Assembly: GCA_964437715.1 (NCBI GenBank)
Contig: CAYTHY010000001.1
Span: 9,474 to 41,784 of the forward strand
DNA: 32,311 bases
Source of the DNA: an uncultured Candidatus Saccharibacteria bacterium
GTDB lineage: Bacteria > Patescibacteriota > Minisyncoccia > Phycocordibacterales > UBA9973
Direction: 5' to 3'
In this document: in pieces, positions 1 to 8,223 of the stretch
Layout of the letters: each line of letters opens with the position of its first letter
Position numbering within the stretch: position 1 is the first letter of the stretch
Program-made: the position numbers and the translations under genes
Notes under the pieces: generated by a model
What the model was told of the DNA's origin: nothing
Database searches by the model: none
Seen by the model: only the letters and a program-made list of their open reading frames with translations

Positions 1-93
1 AATAGTTGTTTATAATGGAAATATTTGTTTAGGTGGGGGAGTTATAGAATAAAAATGATTTTTGTCTATTCTCATAGAAATCCATAGTAAAAC

Positions 94-122
94 TTGACTA
101 AATAGAAAATGTGTGATAATAT
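94..122 (+). promoter_or_regulatory. sigma70-like promoter, TTGACT-N17-TAATAT with TG extended -10
   Basis: TTGACT at 94-99, TGa at 114-116, TAATAT at 117-122. It lies about 65 nt upstream of the ATG at 188. Confidence 0.55.
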
Positions 123-187
123 TTCAACAAAGGTAAGAACGGTTGTTCTTTTAAAATACACCTAATAATTTTTCAAAATCAAGAAAA

Positions 188-403
188 ATGAAAAAAAATA
201 TAAAAAAAATAGATAGAATACTTTTAAATATTCTGTTTATTGACGCAATCGGACTAATTATACTTCTGGTTGTGTATTTCATCCTTACTGGAAGAGCCTT
301 AGATGGGAGTTGGGGGCATACTTATTTCCCAGCGTCTATTTTTTTGGTTTTTCTTTGTATCGCTGTTTTGGTGATAATAAAAAAAATGAAAAAGAAAAAA
401 TGA
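188..403 (+). CDS. small hypothetical membrane protein (two hydrophobic helices, Lys-rich ends)
   Basis: 71-aa ORF downstream of a strong promoter. Two hydrophobic stretches (ILLNILFIDAIGLIILLVVYFIL and IFLVFLCIAVLVII). No recognisable family. Confidence 0.45.
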   Translation: MKKNIKKIDRILLNILFIDAIGLIILLVVYFILTGRALDGSWGHTYFPASIFLVFLCIAVLVIIKKMKKKK

Positions 404-425
404 AAAAGAAAAAATGAAAAAGAAG
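386..425. repeat. 14-bp direct tandem repeat ATGAAAAAGAAAAA, about 2.9 copies, spanning the stop codon of the 188..403 ORF
   Basis: Copies read directly at 386-399, 400-413 and a partial copy at 414-425. The TGA stop at 401-403 lies inside copy 2. Confidence 0.9.
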
Positions 426-454
426 CTTAAATTATTATGGTTTGAGCTTTTTTG
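423..454 (+). terminator. weak candidate intrinsic terminator
   Basis: AAGCTT (423-428) pairs with GAGCTT (444-449), including one G-U pair, around a 15-nt loop. A T-run follows at 448-453. Confidence 0.25.
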
Positions 455-500
455 TTATCTGGCTTTTAGTATATAATAAAAATTTAAATATATATCACTT

Positions 501-516
501 TTACACACCTGTGTAA
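501..516. repeat. palindrome TTACACA-CC-TGTGTAA
   Basis: 7-bp perfect arms with a 2-nt spacer. The spacer is too short for an RNA hairpin loop, so a dimeric protein-binding site is more likely. Confidence 0.6.
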
Positions 517-535
517 AATACTATATTCTTTTTAC

Positions 536-556
536 CCCCTAGGTCAGACCTAGGGG
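536..556. repeat. GC-rich perfect palindrome CCCCTAGGTC-A-GACCTAGGGG (hairpin-capable)
   Basis: 10-bp arms at 536-545 and 547-556. As RNA this gives an 8-bp stem with a 5-nt loop. No immediate U-tract on either strand. Confidence 0.7.
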
Positions 557-619
557 AAAACTTTGTATGTTTCTTTTTTTTATTTTGTCTATTTTGTTTT
601 TTAGTATAATATATAAGAT

Positions 620-2263
620 ATGACATCCAATGAAATTCGTGAAAAGTTTTTAAAATTTTTTAAAGAAAGAGGACATAAAATAATTCCCTCTTCTTCTCTA
701 ATTCCTGACGATCCATCGGTTCTTTTTACTACAGCGGGAATGCAACAATTTAAACCTTATTATACAAAACCAGAATTAGCCGAAGAAAAATTTAAATCAA
801 AAAATGTCGTTACTGTTCAAAAATGTATTAGAACAGGGGATATAGATGAAGTTGGAGATAATACCCATCTTACATTTTTTGAAATGCTTGGAAATTTTTC
901 TTTTGGTGGATATGGTAGGAAAGAAGCTATAGAATATGCATATGAATTTATTACTAAAGAAATGAAATTAGAAATTTCTTATGTCAGTGTTTATAAAGGT
1001 AATGAAAACTTACCAGCTGACGAAAAATCATTAAATTACTGGGAAGAATTAGGAATAAAAGATATAAGAAAAGAAGGTGAAGATGTTTTTTGGGGTCCTA
1101 CTGGAGATTCTGGTCCATGTGGTCCAACAACTGAAATTTATTGTAAAAATATATTAGGTGAAGATGTAGAGATTTGGAATATTGTTTTTAATGAATATTT
1201 ATGTGATGGGTCTCGTGAAGAATTGGATAAAGGAATAGCAAAATTAACAAAATTACCAATGTTAGGAATTGATACAGGAATGGGATTAGAAAGATTAGTT
1301 TCAATAATTCAAAAAAAAGAAAGTGTTTATGATACAGATATTTTTTCTGGCGAAAAAAGTAAAAGAGAAAGAATTGTTATTGATCATATTCGTGCATCAT
1401 TATTTATTATCTCAGATGGAATAAAACCAGCTAATACAGGAGCGGGATATATCCTTAGAAGGCTTATAAGAAGAGCTGTTAAATTTTCTAATAAAAGATC
1501 ATTACAAATTATTATAGATAATTATAAAAATTTCTATGATGGTATCTATAAATTGGACGATAAGGGAATCATAAAAGAAGAAGAATATAAATTCAAGAAA
1601 ACATTAGAAAAAGGTTTGAAAGAATTTGAGAAAGGAATTGATCCATTTATTTTATTCACTACTTATGGTTTTCCTATTGAGCTAACTCAAGAATTAGCTA
1701 AAGAAAAAGGAATGAAGATAGATTTAAAAGATTTTAAAGAAAAAATGAAAGAGCACCAAAAACTTTCTCAAACATCTTCAGCTGGAATGTTTAAAGGAGG
1801 ATTAACAAATCATGATAAAAACACTATTAAACTTCATACTGCTCACCATTTGTTATTAGCAGGACTTCAAGCTGTTGTTGATTCAAACATAAAACAAAAA
1901 GGTAGTAATATAAACGAGAAACGTTTACGAATAGATTTCCTTTGTGACCATAAACTAACAGATGAAGAAAAAGAAGGAGTTGAAAATTGGGTAAATGATA
2001 AAATAAAAAAAGATCTTAGTATAATGAAAAAAGAAATGTCTCTAAAAGAAGCAGAAAAAATTGGAGCAGAAATGGAATTTGCTAAAAAATATCCAGAGAT
2101 AGTATCTGTTTATTTGATAGAGGATAATGATGGAAATATATATTCAAAAGAATTCTGTGGAGGTCCTCATATTGATAACACTAGGGAATTAGGTCATTTT
2201 AAAATTATAAAAGAAGAAGCTGTGGCTTCTGGTATTCGTAGAATTAAGGCGATATTAGAATAA
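620..2263 (+). CDS. alaS: alanine--tRNA ligase, domain-reduced (547 aa)
   Basis: N-terminal class II AlaRS pattern (SNEIREKFLKFFKERGHKIIPSSSLIP, FTTAGMQQFKPYY, GNFSFGGY). Editing-site motifs HTAHH and CGGPH are present. The protein ends right after the GIRRIKA segment. Confidence 0.9.
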   Translation: MTSNEIREKFLKFFKERGHKIIPSSSLIPDDPSVLFTTAGMQQFKPYYTKPELAEEKFKSKNVVTVQKCIRTGDIDEVGDNTHLTFFEMLGNFSFGGYGRKEAIEYAYEFITKEMKLEISYVSVYKGNENLPADEKSLNYWEELGIKDIRKEGEDVFWGPTGDSGPCGPTTEIYCKNILGEDVEIWNIVFNEYLCDGSREELDKGIAKLTKLPMLGIDTGMGLERLVSIIQKKESVYDTDIFSGEKSKRERIVIDHIRASLFIISDGIKPANTGAGYILRRLIRRAVKFSNKRSLQIIIDNYKNFYDGIYKLDDKGIIKEEEYKFKKTLEKGLKEFEKGIDPFILFTTYGFPIELTQELAKEKGMKIDLKDFKEKMKEHQKLSQTSSAGMFKGGLTNHDKNTIKLHTAHHLLLAGLQAVVDSNIKQKGSNINEKRLRIDFLCDHKLTDEEKEGVENWVNDKIKKDLSIMKKEMSLKEAEKIGAEMEFAKKYPEIVSVYLIEDNDGNIYSKEFCGGPHIDNTRELGHFKIIKEEAVASGIRRIKAILE

Positions 2264-2314
2264 TCATATTTTTTCTTATACTTTTTTAAAATCCTGTAGT
2301 ATAATACAAGTATA

Positions 2315-3508
2315 ATGGGATTTTTATTTGAAGGAAAAAAGAATAAGGAAACTGTCGCTATTTTTGATATTGGTTCTGGTAGTGTTGGAGGAGCTGTTAT
2401 TAACATTCCCAATGATACTAAAGAAACACCATGTATTATAGATTCTGTCCGTACTGAAATAAACTATAATGAAAATAAAATTGACTCAAGCTTATTCACA
2501 AGGAGTATGCTTAGAGCTCTTAGCTTAACAATTAATAAACTTTTTAAAATTAATTCTACTCTTCCAGATAGAATAGTTTGTGTAGTTACTTCACCTTGGT
2601 ATTCATCAGAAACTAAAATTGTAAAAATAAAAAAAGAGAGTTCTTTTATTTTTACTAAGAAAATAGCAGAAGATTTAATTAAAAAAGAAATAAAAAAGAC
2701 TATGATAACTCATAGTAAAAAAAATAATACCATTTACAATAAACTTGAAATTATAGAACATTTTATTATGAAAGTGTCTCTCAATGGATATCAAGTAGAA
2801 TCTCCATTAGGTTCAAAAACGAAATCAGTTGAAATTAGTATGATTACGTCTTTTTCTCAGAAATTTTTCCTAGATAAAATACGTAAAGTCATTTTAAAAA
2901 CATACCATGAAATACCAATCTCTTTTTCTTCTTTTATCTCTGATTATTATTTCTCTATTCGTAATAAATATATTAGTCCTGATTCCTATCTATTACTTAA
3001 TATTAGAGGAGAAATTACTGAAGTTGGAATTGTCTCTAAGGGAACTCTAAAAGATACTTTATCTTTTCCTTTTGGTAAAAAAACATTTTTAAAATATATT
3101 AGCAGCAAGTTAGAAATAGAATTGCGAGACGCTAAAGAACTCTTTAATTTATATAGTTCGGGTTATTTATCAAAAGAAAAAGAAGAAGAAGTAGCTCCTC
3201 TTTTTAAATCAGCAGAATCTTCCTGGAGTGAATCTTTTCGAGAATGTATTAAAAATCTTCCTTACACTTTAGCTCTTCCAGATACAATATTTTTAATTGC
3301 TAACTTCGATATAATAGATTATTTTTCTAGTGTTATTAATAATGAAAAGTTTATTCAAGCGATGACTATTAAACATAAATGTAAAGTTATTCCAATAAGA
3401 GGGTCTGAATTTTTAAATATTTGTAAATATAACGAAAAGATAATTCACGACCCATTTTTAATGATTGAATCGGTCTCAATAATCAAAAAAAATAAACAAT
3501 ATGAATAG
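2315..3508 (+). CDS. divergent actin-fold (ASKHA; FtsA/PilM-like) protein
   Basis: Phosphate-1-like motif VAIFDIGSGSVGGAV near the N-terminus. A degenerate second motif LLLNIRGEITEVGIV is followed by FPFGKKTF. No closer family is recognisable by eye. Confidence 0.45.
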   Translation: MGFLFEGKKNKETVAIFDIGSGSVGGAVINIPNDTKETPCIIDSVRTEINYNENKIDSSLFTRSMLRALSLTINKLFKINSTLPDRIVCVVTSPWYSSETKIVKIKKESSFIFTKKIAEDLIKKEIKKTMITHSKKNNTIYNKLEIIEHFIMKVSLNGYQVESPLGSKTKSVEISMITSFSQKFFLDKIRKVILKTYHEIPISFSSFISDYYFSIRNKYISPDSYLLLNIRGEITEVGIVSKGTLKDTLSFPFGKKTFLKYISSKLEIELRDAKELFNLYSSGYLSKEKEEEVAPLFKSAESSWSESFRECIKNLPYTLALPDTIFLIANFDIIDYFSSVINNEKFIQAMTIKHKCKVIPIRGSEFLNICKYNEKIIHDPFLMIESVSIIKKNKQYE

Positions 3509-4793
3509 AAAAATAATTGAAGATATAAAAGTTAAGAAAAGAATTAAACTCGATTATCAACATTCTGATAGTATTGTTGTTAAAAGAGTAACCAAGAGAA
3601 AAAAAACTACAACTAGAAAAATATCAAGAAATCCTAAATTAATAAATAAGAAAAAAAATTTTAGTATTTATATTCTTATTTTGTTTTTTTTATCTATTCT
3701 AATTGGAGTAGGTTTCTGGGGTTCTATCTTTTTTAGAAATACCAATATTAATATAGTCAAAAAACAGCAATCTTTTTTCTTGAATAAAAAGTTATTTAAA
3801 GCTTCTAAAAATTTAAAAGCTGAAATTCCTTTTGAGGTGATGATCGTAGCTGGTAATAAGTCAGAGAAGATATCTCTTTCAGAGTCAAAAAAAATTTCAC
3901 AGAAAGCTAGGGGAAAAATTATTATTTACAATAAAAACAGCAAGAAAAAAGAATTCTTACCGGCTGATACTTATTTATCTGATGAAAATGGTAAAGTTTA
4001 TTTAACGGATGAATCTGTTCACATACCTGGTTTTACTTTAATTAAAAATAAAATTATTCCAGGTAAAATAACTGTTAATATTACTTCATTTTTACCTGGT
4101 AAGGTTTACAATGGAGATCCTACTGATTTTTATATTAATGCTTTCAGGGGGACGAGTAAGTATAAAAAAATTTATGGTAAAGCAAAGACTGCTCTTGTTG
4201 GAGGTGCTCAAGGTTTATATTATTCATTAAGTAAAAACGATGAGGGAAAATTAAATAACAATAGTATTTTAAAAGATCAACTTACCAAAAAAGCAAGTTT
4301 ACTTATTCCTAAAGATTATATTTTTTATCCACAAGCTTCAAATTTTTCATATAAGATAGATAATAAAAATATTTTATCAATTACGCCGACTGCTGATGTT
4401 GCAGTTTCAGGAACCCTTTCTGTCGTTTTGTTAAGAAAATCAGAATTAAATAATGTTATTTTAAAAACCTTATTAGCAAAAACTCCAGTTAAAGAATTAA
4501 AAACTATTCAGATAACAGGACTGAATAAATTATCATTTGAATTTAGTGATAAAAACCAAGAAATTAATAAAGATTTAAAATTATTATCTTTTACTTTAAG
4601 TGGTAAATTAAATTTGACTTGGAATCCAGATTTAATTCAATTGAAGAAAAATTTATTAGGAATTTCCAAAAAAGAACTCCCTATAATTTTTAAAGACTAT
4701 GTTGGTATAAAAGATGCTAGTGTAAAAATATTTCCTCCATGGCAATTAACATTACCATTAGATCCTTCAAAAATAAAAATTAATGTTTTATAA
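3501..4793 (+). CDS. bitopic membrane protein, basic cytoplasmic N-terminus plus large extracytoplasmic domain, hypothetical
   Basis: Overlaps the upstream ORF by 8 nt. Lys/Arg-rich first 55 residues, a single TM helix (IYILILFFLSILIGVGFWGSIFF), then about 350 aa of beta-rich-looking sequence. Confidence 0.6.
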   Translation: MNRKIIEDIKVKKRIKLDYQHSDSIVVKRVTKRKKTTTRKISRNPKLINKKKNFSIYILILFFLSILIGVGFWGSIFFRNTNINIVKKQQSFFLNKKLFKASKNLKAEIPFEVMIVAGNKSEKISLSESKKISQKARGKIIIYNKNSKKKEFLPADTYLSDENGKVYLTDESVHIPGFTLIKNKIIPGKITVNITSFLPGKVYNGDPTDFYINAFRGTSKYKKIYGKAKTALVGGAQGLYYSLSKNDEGKLNNNSILKDQLTKKASLLIPKDYIFYPQASNFSYKIDNKNILSITPTADVAVSGTLSVVLLRKSELNNVILKTLLAKTPVKELKTIQITGLNKLSFEFSDKNQEINKDLKLLSFTLSGKLNLTWNPDLIQLKKNLLGISKKELPIIFKDYVGIKDASVKIFPPWQLTLPLDPSKIKINVL

Positions 4794-4795
4794 AA

Positions 4796-4824
4796 TTGAC
4801 GATTAATTATTTTTTTGTTATTAT
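4796..4824 (+). promoter_or_regulatory. sigma70-like promoter TTGACG-N17-TATTAT for infA and the downstream cluster
   Basis: TTGACG at 4796-4801 and TATTAT at 4819-4824. Only 11 nt separate the -10 box from the infA ATG. Confidence 0.6.
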
Positions 4825-4835
4825 AAAAAGTATAA

Positions 4836-5045
4836 ATGATTCAAAACGACAATAACACGATGGGCACAGTAGTAGAAGCTCTCCCCAATACACTCTTTCG
4901 GGTAGATATTGGCAATGATAAGATTATCATTGCTTATCTTTCTGGTAAGATGAGGATACATAGAATTAAAGTATTAATTGGAGATAGGGTGGAAGTTATT
5001 TTAGATCCATATGGTGGAAAGGGTAGAATTATTAGAAGAAATTAA
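4836..5045 (+). CDS. infA: translation initiation factor IF-1
   Basis: GTVVEALPNTLFRVDIGNDKIIIAYLSGKMRIHRIKVLIGDRVEV matches the IF-1 S1-fold pattern. The size is about 70 aa. Confidence 0.95.
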   Translation: MIQNDNNTMGTVVEALPNTLFRVDIGNDKIIIAYLSGKMRIHRIKVLIGDRVEVILDPYGGKGRIIRRN

Positions 5046-5065
5046 TTATTATTTCATTGGAAAAC

Positions 5066-5096
5066 TTGCATTTATTTTTAAATAGTGTAATATAAT
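5066..5096 (+). promoter_or_regulatory. candidate internal promoter TTGCAT-N16-TAATAT (overlapping a TATAAT)
   Basis: TTGCAT at 5066-5071, TAATAT at 5088-5093 and TATAAT at 5091-5096. It lies about 65 nt upstream of rpmJ. Confidence 0.45.
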
Positions 5097-5161
5097 TCGG
5101 TAGTGTTTTAGATAAAATAAAGGGGTAGAAGCCCTATATTTTTCTTTCACGTTATAATAAA

Positions 5162-5272
5162 ATGAAGAAAAGAACAGCTGTTAAAAAAATTTGTACTAAT
5201 TGTAAAATAGTAAAACGAAAACGCCATCTTCGTGTTATTTGTTCTAATCCTAAACACAAACAAAGACAATAA
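5162..5272 (+). CDS. rpmJ: 50S ribosomal protein L36 (not in the supplied ORF track)
   Basis: Hand translation gives [36 protein letters not shown] with a TAA stop. It shows the CxxC...C...H zinc-ribbon pattern and the canonical position between infA and rpsM. Confidence 0.9.
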   Translation: MKKRTAVKKICTNCKIVKRKRHLRVICSNPKHKQRQ

Positions 5273-5276
5273 AATT

Positions 5277-5657
5277 ATGAGAATATTAGGTATAACCATC
5301 CCAAATAATAAACATTTAGATATTGCATTAACCAGCCTTTATGGTATTGGAATTTCACGAGCTCAAAAAATATTAGAAGAGGCTAAGATAGATTCTAATC
5401 TTAAGGGTGATAAATTAACGCCAGAACAAGAAAATACTATTCGTAAAATTATTGAAGCAATGACGATTGAAGGTTCCTTAAAGCGTGAAATTTCATCTAA
5501 TATAAAAAGATTAAAAGATATTAAAACATATAGAGGAATTCGTCATTCTCGTCGTTTACCAGTAAGGGGGCAAAGGACTAAAACAAATTCTCGTACAGTT
5601 CGTGGAAATGTTCGTAGAACTATGAGTAGTGGTAAACGAAAAGCTGAAAAAACTTAG
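5277..5657 (+). CDS. rpsM: 30S ribosomal protein S13
   Basis: MRILGITIPNNKHLDIALTSLYGIGISRAQKIL is a typical S13 N-terminus. The track ORF start at 5232 overlaps rpmJ and is rejected in favour of the in-frame ATG at 5277. Confidence 0.92.
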   Translation: MRILGITIPNNKHLDIALTSLYGIGISRAQKILEEAKIDSNLKGDKLTPEQENTIRKIIEAMTIEGSLKREISSNIKRLKDIKTYRGIRHSRRLPVRGQRTKTNSRTVRGNVRRTMSSGKRKAEKT

Positions 5658-5695
5658 AATTTATACTTGGAAATTGTAGCTTTAATTAATAAAAT

Positions 5696-6148
5696 ATGGG
5701 AAAAATAAAAATAGTAACAAAAAAAGAGGAAATTGATCCATTACCTAAAAGTGATGCTGTTAAAAGTACTCCCAAGAAAAAAGGTAAAGCTTCTAAAAAG
5801 AAATTTGTTTCAGGAACATTACACATTGAAGCTACCTTTAATAATACGAAGGTTTCTCTTTCTGATAAAAAAGGTAACACTCTCTTTTGGACTTCATCAG
5901 GAGCACTTGGTTTTAAAGGAGCAAAAAAGGGAACTCCATTTGCTGCTTCAAAAGCTGGGTCAACTATAGGTGAAAAAGCTAAAATGATTGGAATTAAAGA
6001 AGTTGATGTAAAAGTTAGTGGGGTTGGTAGTGGTCGCGAACCAACAATTAGAGCTTTTATGGCGTATGATATTGAAATTTCAGAGATACATGATGTAACT
6101 CCTGTACCACATAACGGGCCAAAACCTAAAAAGCCACGAAGAGTATAA
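5696..6148 (+). CDS. rpsK: 30S ribosomal protein S11 (with a roughly 30-aa Lys-rich N-terminal extension)
   Basis: GTLHIEATFNNTKVSLSDKKGN...SSGALGFKGAKKGTPFAA...VKVSGVGSGRE...DVTPVPHNG matches the S11 pattern. Confidence 0.93.
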   Translation: MGKIKIVTKKEEIDPLPKSDAVKSTPKKKGKASKKKFVSGTLHIEATFNNTKVSLSDKKGNTLFWTSSGALGFKGAKKGTPFAASKAGSTIGEKAKMIGIKEVDVKVSGVGSGREPTIRAFMAYDIEISEIHDVTPVPHNGPKPKKPRRV

Positions 6149-6183
6149 ATTAAAATAATTTTTTATCTTATAAAATATAAAAT

Positions 6184-6792
6184 ATGAAAGCAGTTAAAAA
6201 ATATAAAATGTGTCGTCGCCTAGGATCTGGAGTGTTTGAAAAATGTCAAACACCCAAGTTTATTTTATCTGAAGCTCGTCACGCGAAAGCCTTAAAAGGA
6301 AGAAGACCAAGACGACCATCTAACTACGCTTTGCAGTTCAGAGAAAAACAGAAAGTTCGTTTTATGTATGGAATAAGTGAAAAACAACTGTCAAATTATA
6401 TAAAAGAAGCAGTTAAACATAAAGGAGAGCCCACGAATGAATACCTTTTTGAATTACTTGAATCTCGTTTAGACAATATAGTTTATAGAATTGGTCTTGC
6501 TCATACTCGTCGATTATCTAGACAAATGGTTTCCCATGGTCACATAATTGTAAATGGCACTAAAACTAAAGTTGCTTCACGACGTGTTAAAGTTGGAGAT
6601 AATATTGCTGTTCGTGCTGGAAGTTCCAAAAACCAATTATTCAGTGATATTGCTAAGAAAATGGAAGAATATACAATACCGAATTGGTTAAAATTTAGTA
6701 CGAATACTCTTTCTGGTTCAGTTCAAGGTAAACCAAAAGGAGAGGAAGGTTTTTTTGATCTTAATACAGTGCTTGAATTTTATAGTCGTTAA
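6184..6792 (+). CDS. rpsD: 30S ribosomal protein S4
   Basis: SNYALQFREKQKVRFMYGISEKQ and LESRLDNIVYRIGLAHTRRLSRQMVSHGHIIVNG (S4 RNA-binding domain). Canonical position before rpoA. Confidence 0.93.
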   Translation: MKAVKKYKMCRRLGSGVFEKCQTPKFILSEARHAKALKGRRPRRPSNYALQFREKQKVRFMYGISEKQLSNYIKEAVKHKGEPTNEYLFELLESRLDNIVYRIGLAHTRRLSRQMVSHGHIIVNGTKTKVASRRVKVGDNIAVRAGSSKNQLFSDIAKKMEEYTIPNWLKFSTNTLSGSVQGKPKGEEGFFDLNTVLEFYSR

Positions 6793-6855
6793 TATTATTA
6801 TGCATTGGTTTTTTTAATAAGTAATTTTTAAGCTTTTAGCTTTCTAATATATTAT

Positions 6856-7833
6856 ATGTCTGATTTAAATATTATATTACCTTCAAAGTTATCTATCGTT
6901 GAAGAAAAAGGGACAAAAGGTGTTTACGAGATTGATGGTCTTTATCCAGGGTATGGACATACTCTAGGTAATTCACTTCGTCGAATTATTTTATCTTCTC
7001 TTGTTGGTTCAGCTATTACTTCTTTTAAAATTGACGGCGTTGACCATGAGTTTTCAGTAATTGATGGAGTTAAAGAAGATGTTATCACTATTTTATTAAA
7101 TTTAAAACAAATTCGTTTTCGTTTATTAACAGACGAACCGCAAGTGATAAAACTTTCAGTTAAAGGACCACAAAAGGTTACAGCTTCTGATATTGAAGCT
7201 ACTGGTCAAGTTGAAATTTTGAATAAAGATTTATATATAGCTGAAGTTACTAGTAAAACTACACTTTCTATAGAAATGACCGTTGAGAGAGGTTTAGGTT
7301 TTGTATCTAAGGATATGCATCAAAAAACTAAAACAGAAGTTGGAGTTATCGCTATCGATGCTATTTTTACACCTATTAGACGAGTTTCTTATGAAATTGA
7401 AAATATGCGTGTAGGAGATAAAACAAATCACAATAGACTAAGAATGACAATTGAAACGGATGGGACTCTAACTCCTCACGAAGCCCTCGAACAAGCTATA
7501 ACAATTATGGTAGAGCAATTACAAGCAATTGCTGGTTTTGTTATTGCTCCTAAAATAAATGATAATAAACTTGAAAAAAATGAAGAAACAGAAATGAAAG
7601 AGGAAGAAAAGAAAAAAGAAGAAAGTAAGTTTACTGATATATTAAAAACTAGAATTGAAACATTGAATCTTTCAACCCGAACACTTAATGCCTTAATTGG
7701 AGCTAATATCAGAACTATCGGAGGTATTGCTCGTAAGAAAAAAGAGGATTTATTAGAGATTGAAGGGATAGGTAATAAGGGAATTCAAGAAATTAAAGAT
7801 ATCTTAGAGAAATCTGGGCTTTCCTTAAAATAA
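6856..7833 (+). CDS. rpoA: DNA-directed RNA polymerase subunit alpha
   Basis: GYGHTLGNSLRRILLSS-like motif (GYGHTLGNSLRRIILSSL). The C-terminal domain carries LNLSTRTLNAL and a helix-hairpin-helix. Position is between rpsD and rplQ. Confidence 0.95.
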   Translation: MSDLNIILPSKLSIVEEKGTKGVYEIDGLYPGYGHTLGNSLRRIILSSLVGSAITSFKIDGVDHEFSVIDGVKEDVITILLNLKQIRFRLLTDEPQVIKLSVKGPQKVTASDIEATGQVEILNKDLYIAEVTSKTTLSIEMTVERGLGFVSKDMHQKTKTEVGVIAIDAIFTPIRRVSYEIENMRVGDKTNHNRLRMTIETDGTLTPHEALEQAITIMVEQLQAIAGFVIAPKINDNKLEKNEETEMKEEEKKKEESKFTDILKTRIETLNLSTRTLNALIGANIRTIGGIARKKKEDLLEIEGIGNKGIQEIKDILEKSGLSLK

Positions 7834-7866
7834 TTAGCTTGTTATTAGATAATAATTTATTTAGAT

Positions 7867-8220
7867 ATGAGACATCACAATAATGTAAGAAAATTTGGAA
7901 GAAAGAAAAATGGAAGGAATGCTCTTTTAAAAGGTTTAGCTTTGGCTCTTATAGCACATGGTAAAATTGAAACTACAGAAGCTAAAGCTAAAGAGCTTAG
8001 ACCGATGATTGAAAAATTAATAACAAAAGCTAATGTTGGAACTCTTTCTTCTCGTCGCTTAGTTATTTCTCGTTTATATAATCTTAAAAAAGAATCCAGC
8101 AAGTTAATTGATGATATTGCTCCAAAATACAAAGATCGTACTGGGGGTTATACACGCATTACTAAATTGCCTCGTCGAGCAGGAGATGCTAGTAAAATGG
8201 CTATAATTGAGTTTATTTAA
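7867..8220 (+). CDS. rplQ: 50S ribosomal protein L17
   Basis: MRHHNNVRKFGRKKNGRNALLKGLA...TTEAKAKELRP...GGYTRI matches the L17 pattern. Confidence 0.93.
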   Translation: MRHHNNVRKFGRKKNGRNALLKGLALALIAHGKIETTEAKAKELRPMIEKLITKANVGTLSSRRLVISRLYNLKKESSKLIDDIAPKYKDRTGGYTRITKLPRRAGDASKMAIIEFI

Positions 8221-8223
8221 TTT

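Noticed and set aside
1-52. Frame open from the window edge to the TAA at 50-52 (...IVVYNGNICLGGGVIE), possibly the 3' end of an upstream gene
   Set aside because: Only 16 codons are visible and no family is recognisable. This is too short to support as a feature, although the GGTGGGGGAG stretch is unusually GC-rich for a spacer.
2306-2313. ACAAGTAT, a partial copy of the dnaK operator half-site, between the -10 box and the ATG of the actin-like gene
   Set aside because: It is a single 8-nt AT-rich half-site. The nearest complementary ATACTT (2277-2282) is in the wrong order and spacing. Chance occurrence is likely in AT-rich DNA.
5232-5276. Upstream extensions of track ORFs: rpsM from 5232, rplU from 14908 (TTG), trpS from 17373
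   Set aside because: The extensions overlap rpmJ or cover promoter elements, and they add non-conserved hydrophobic residues. In-frame ATGs at 5277, 14944 and 17421 give canonical N-termini.
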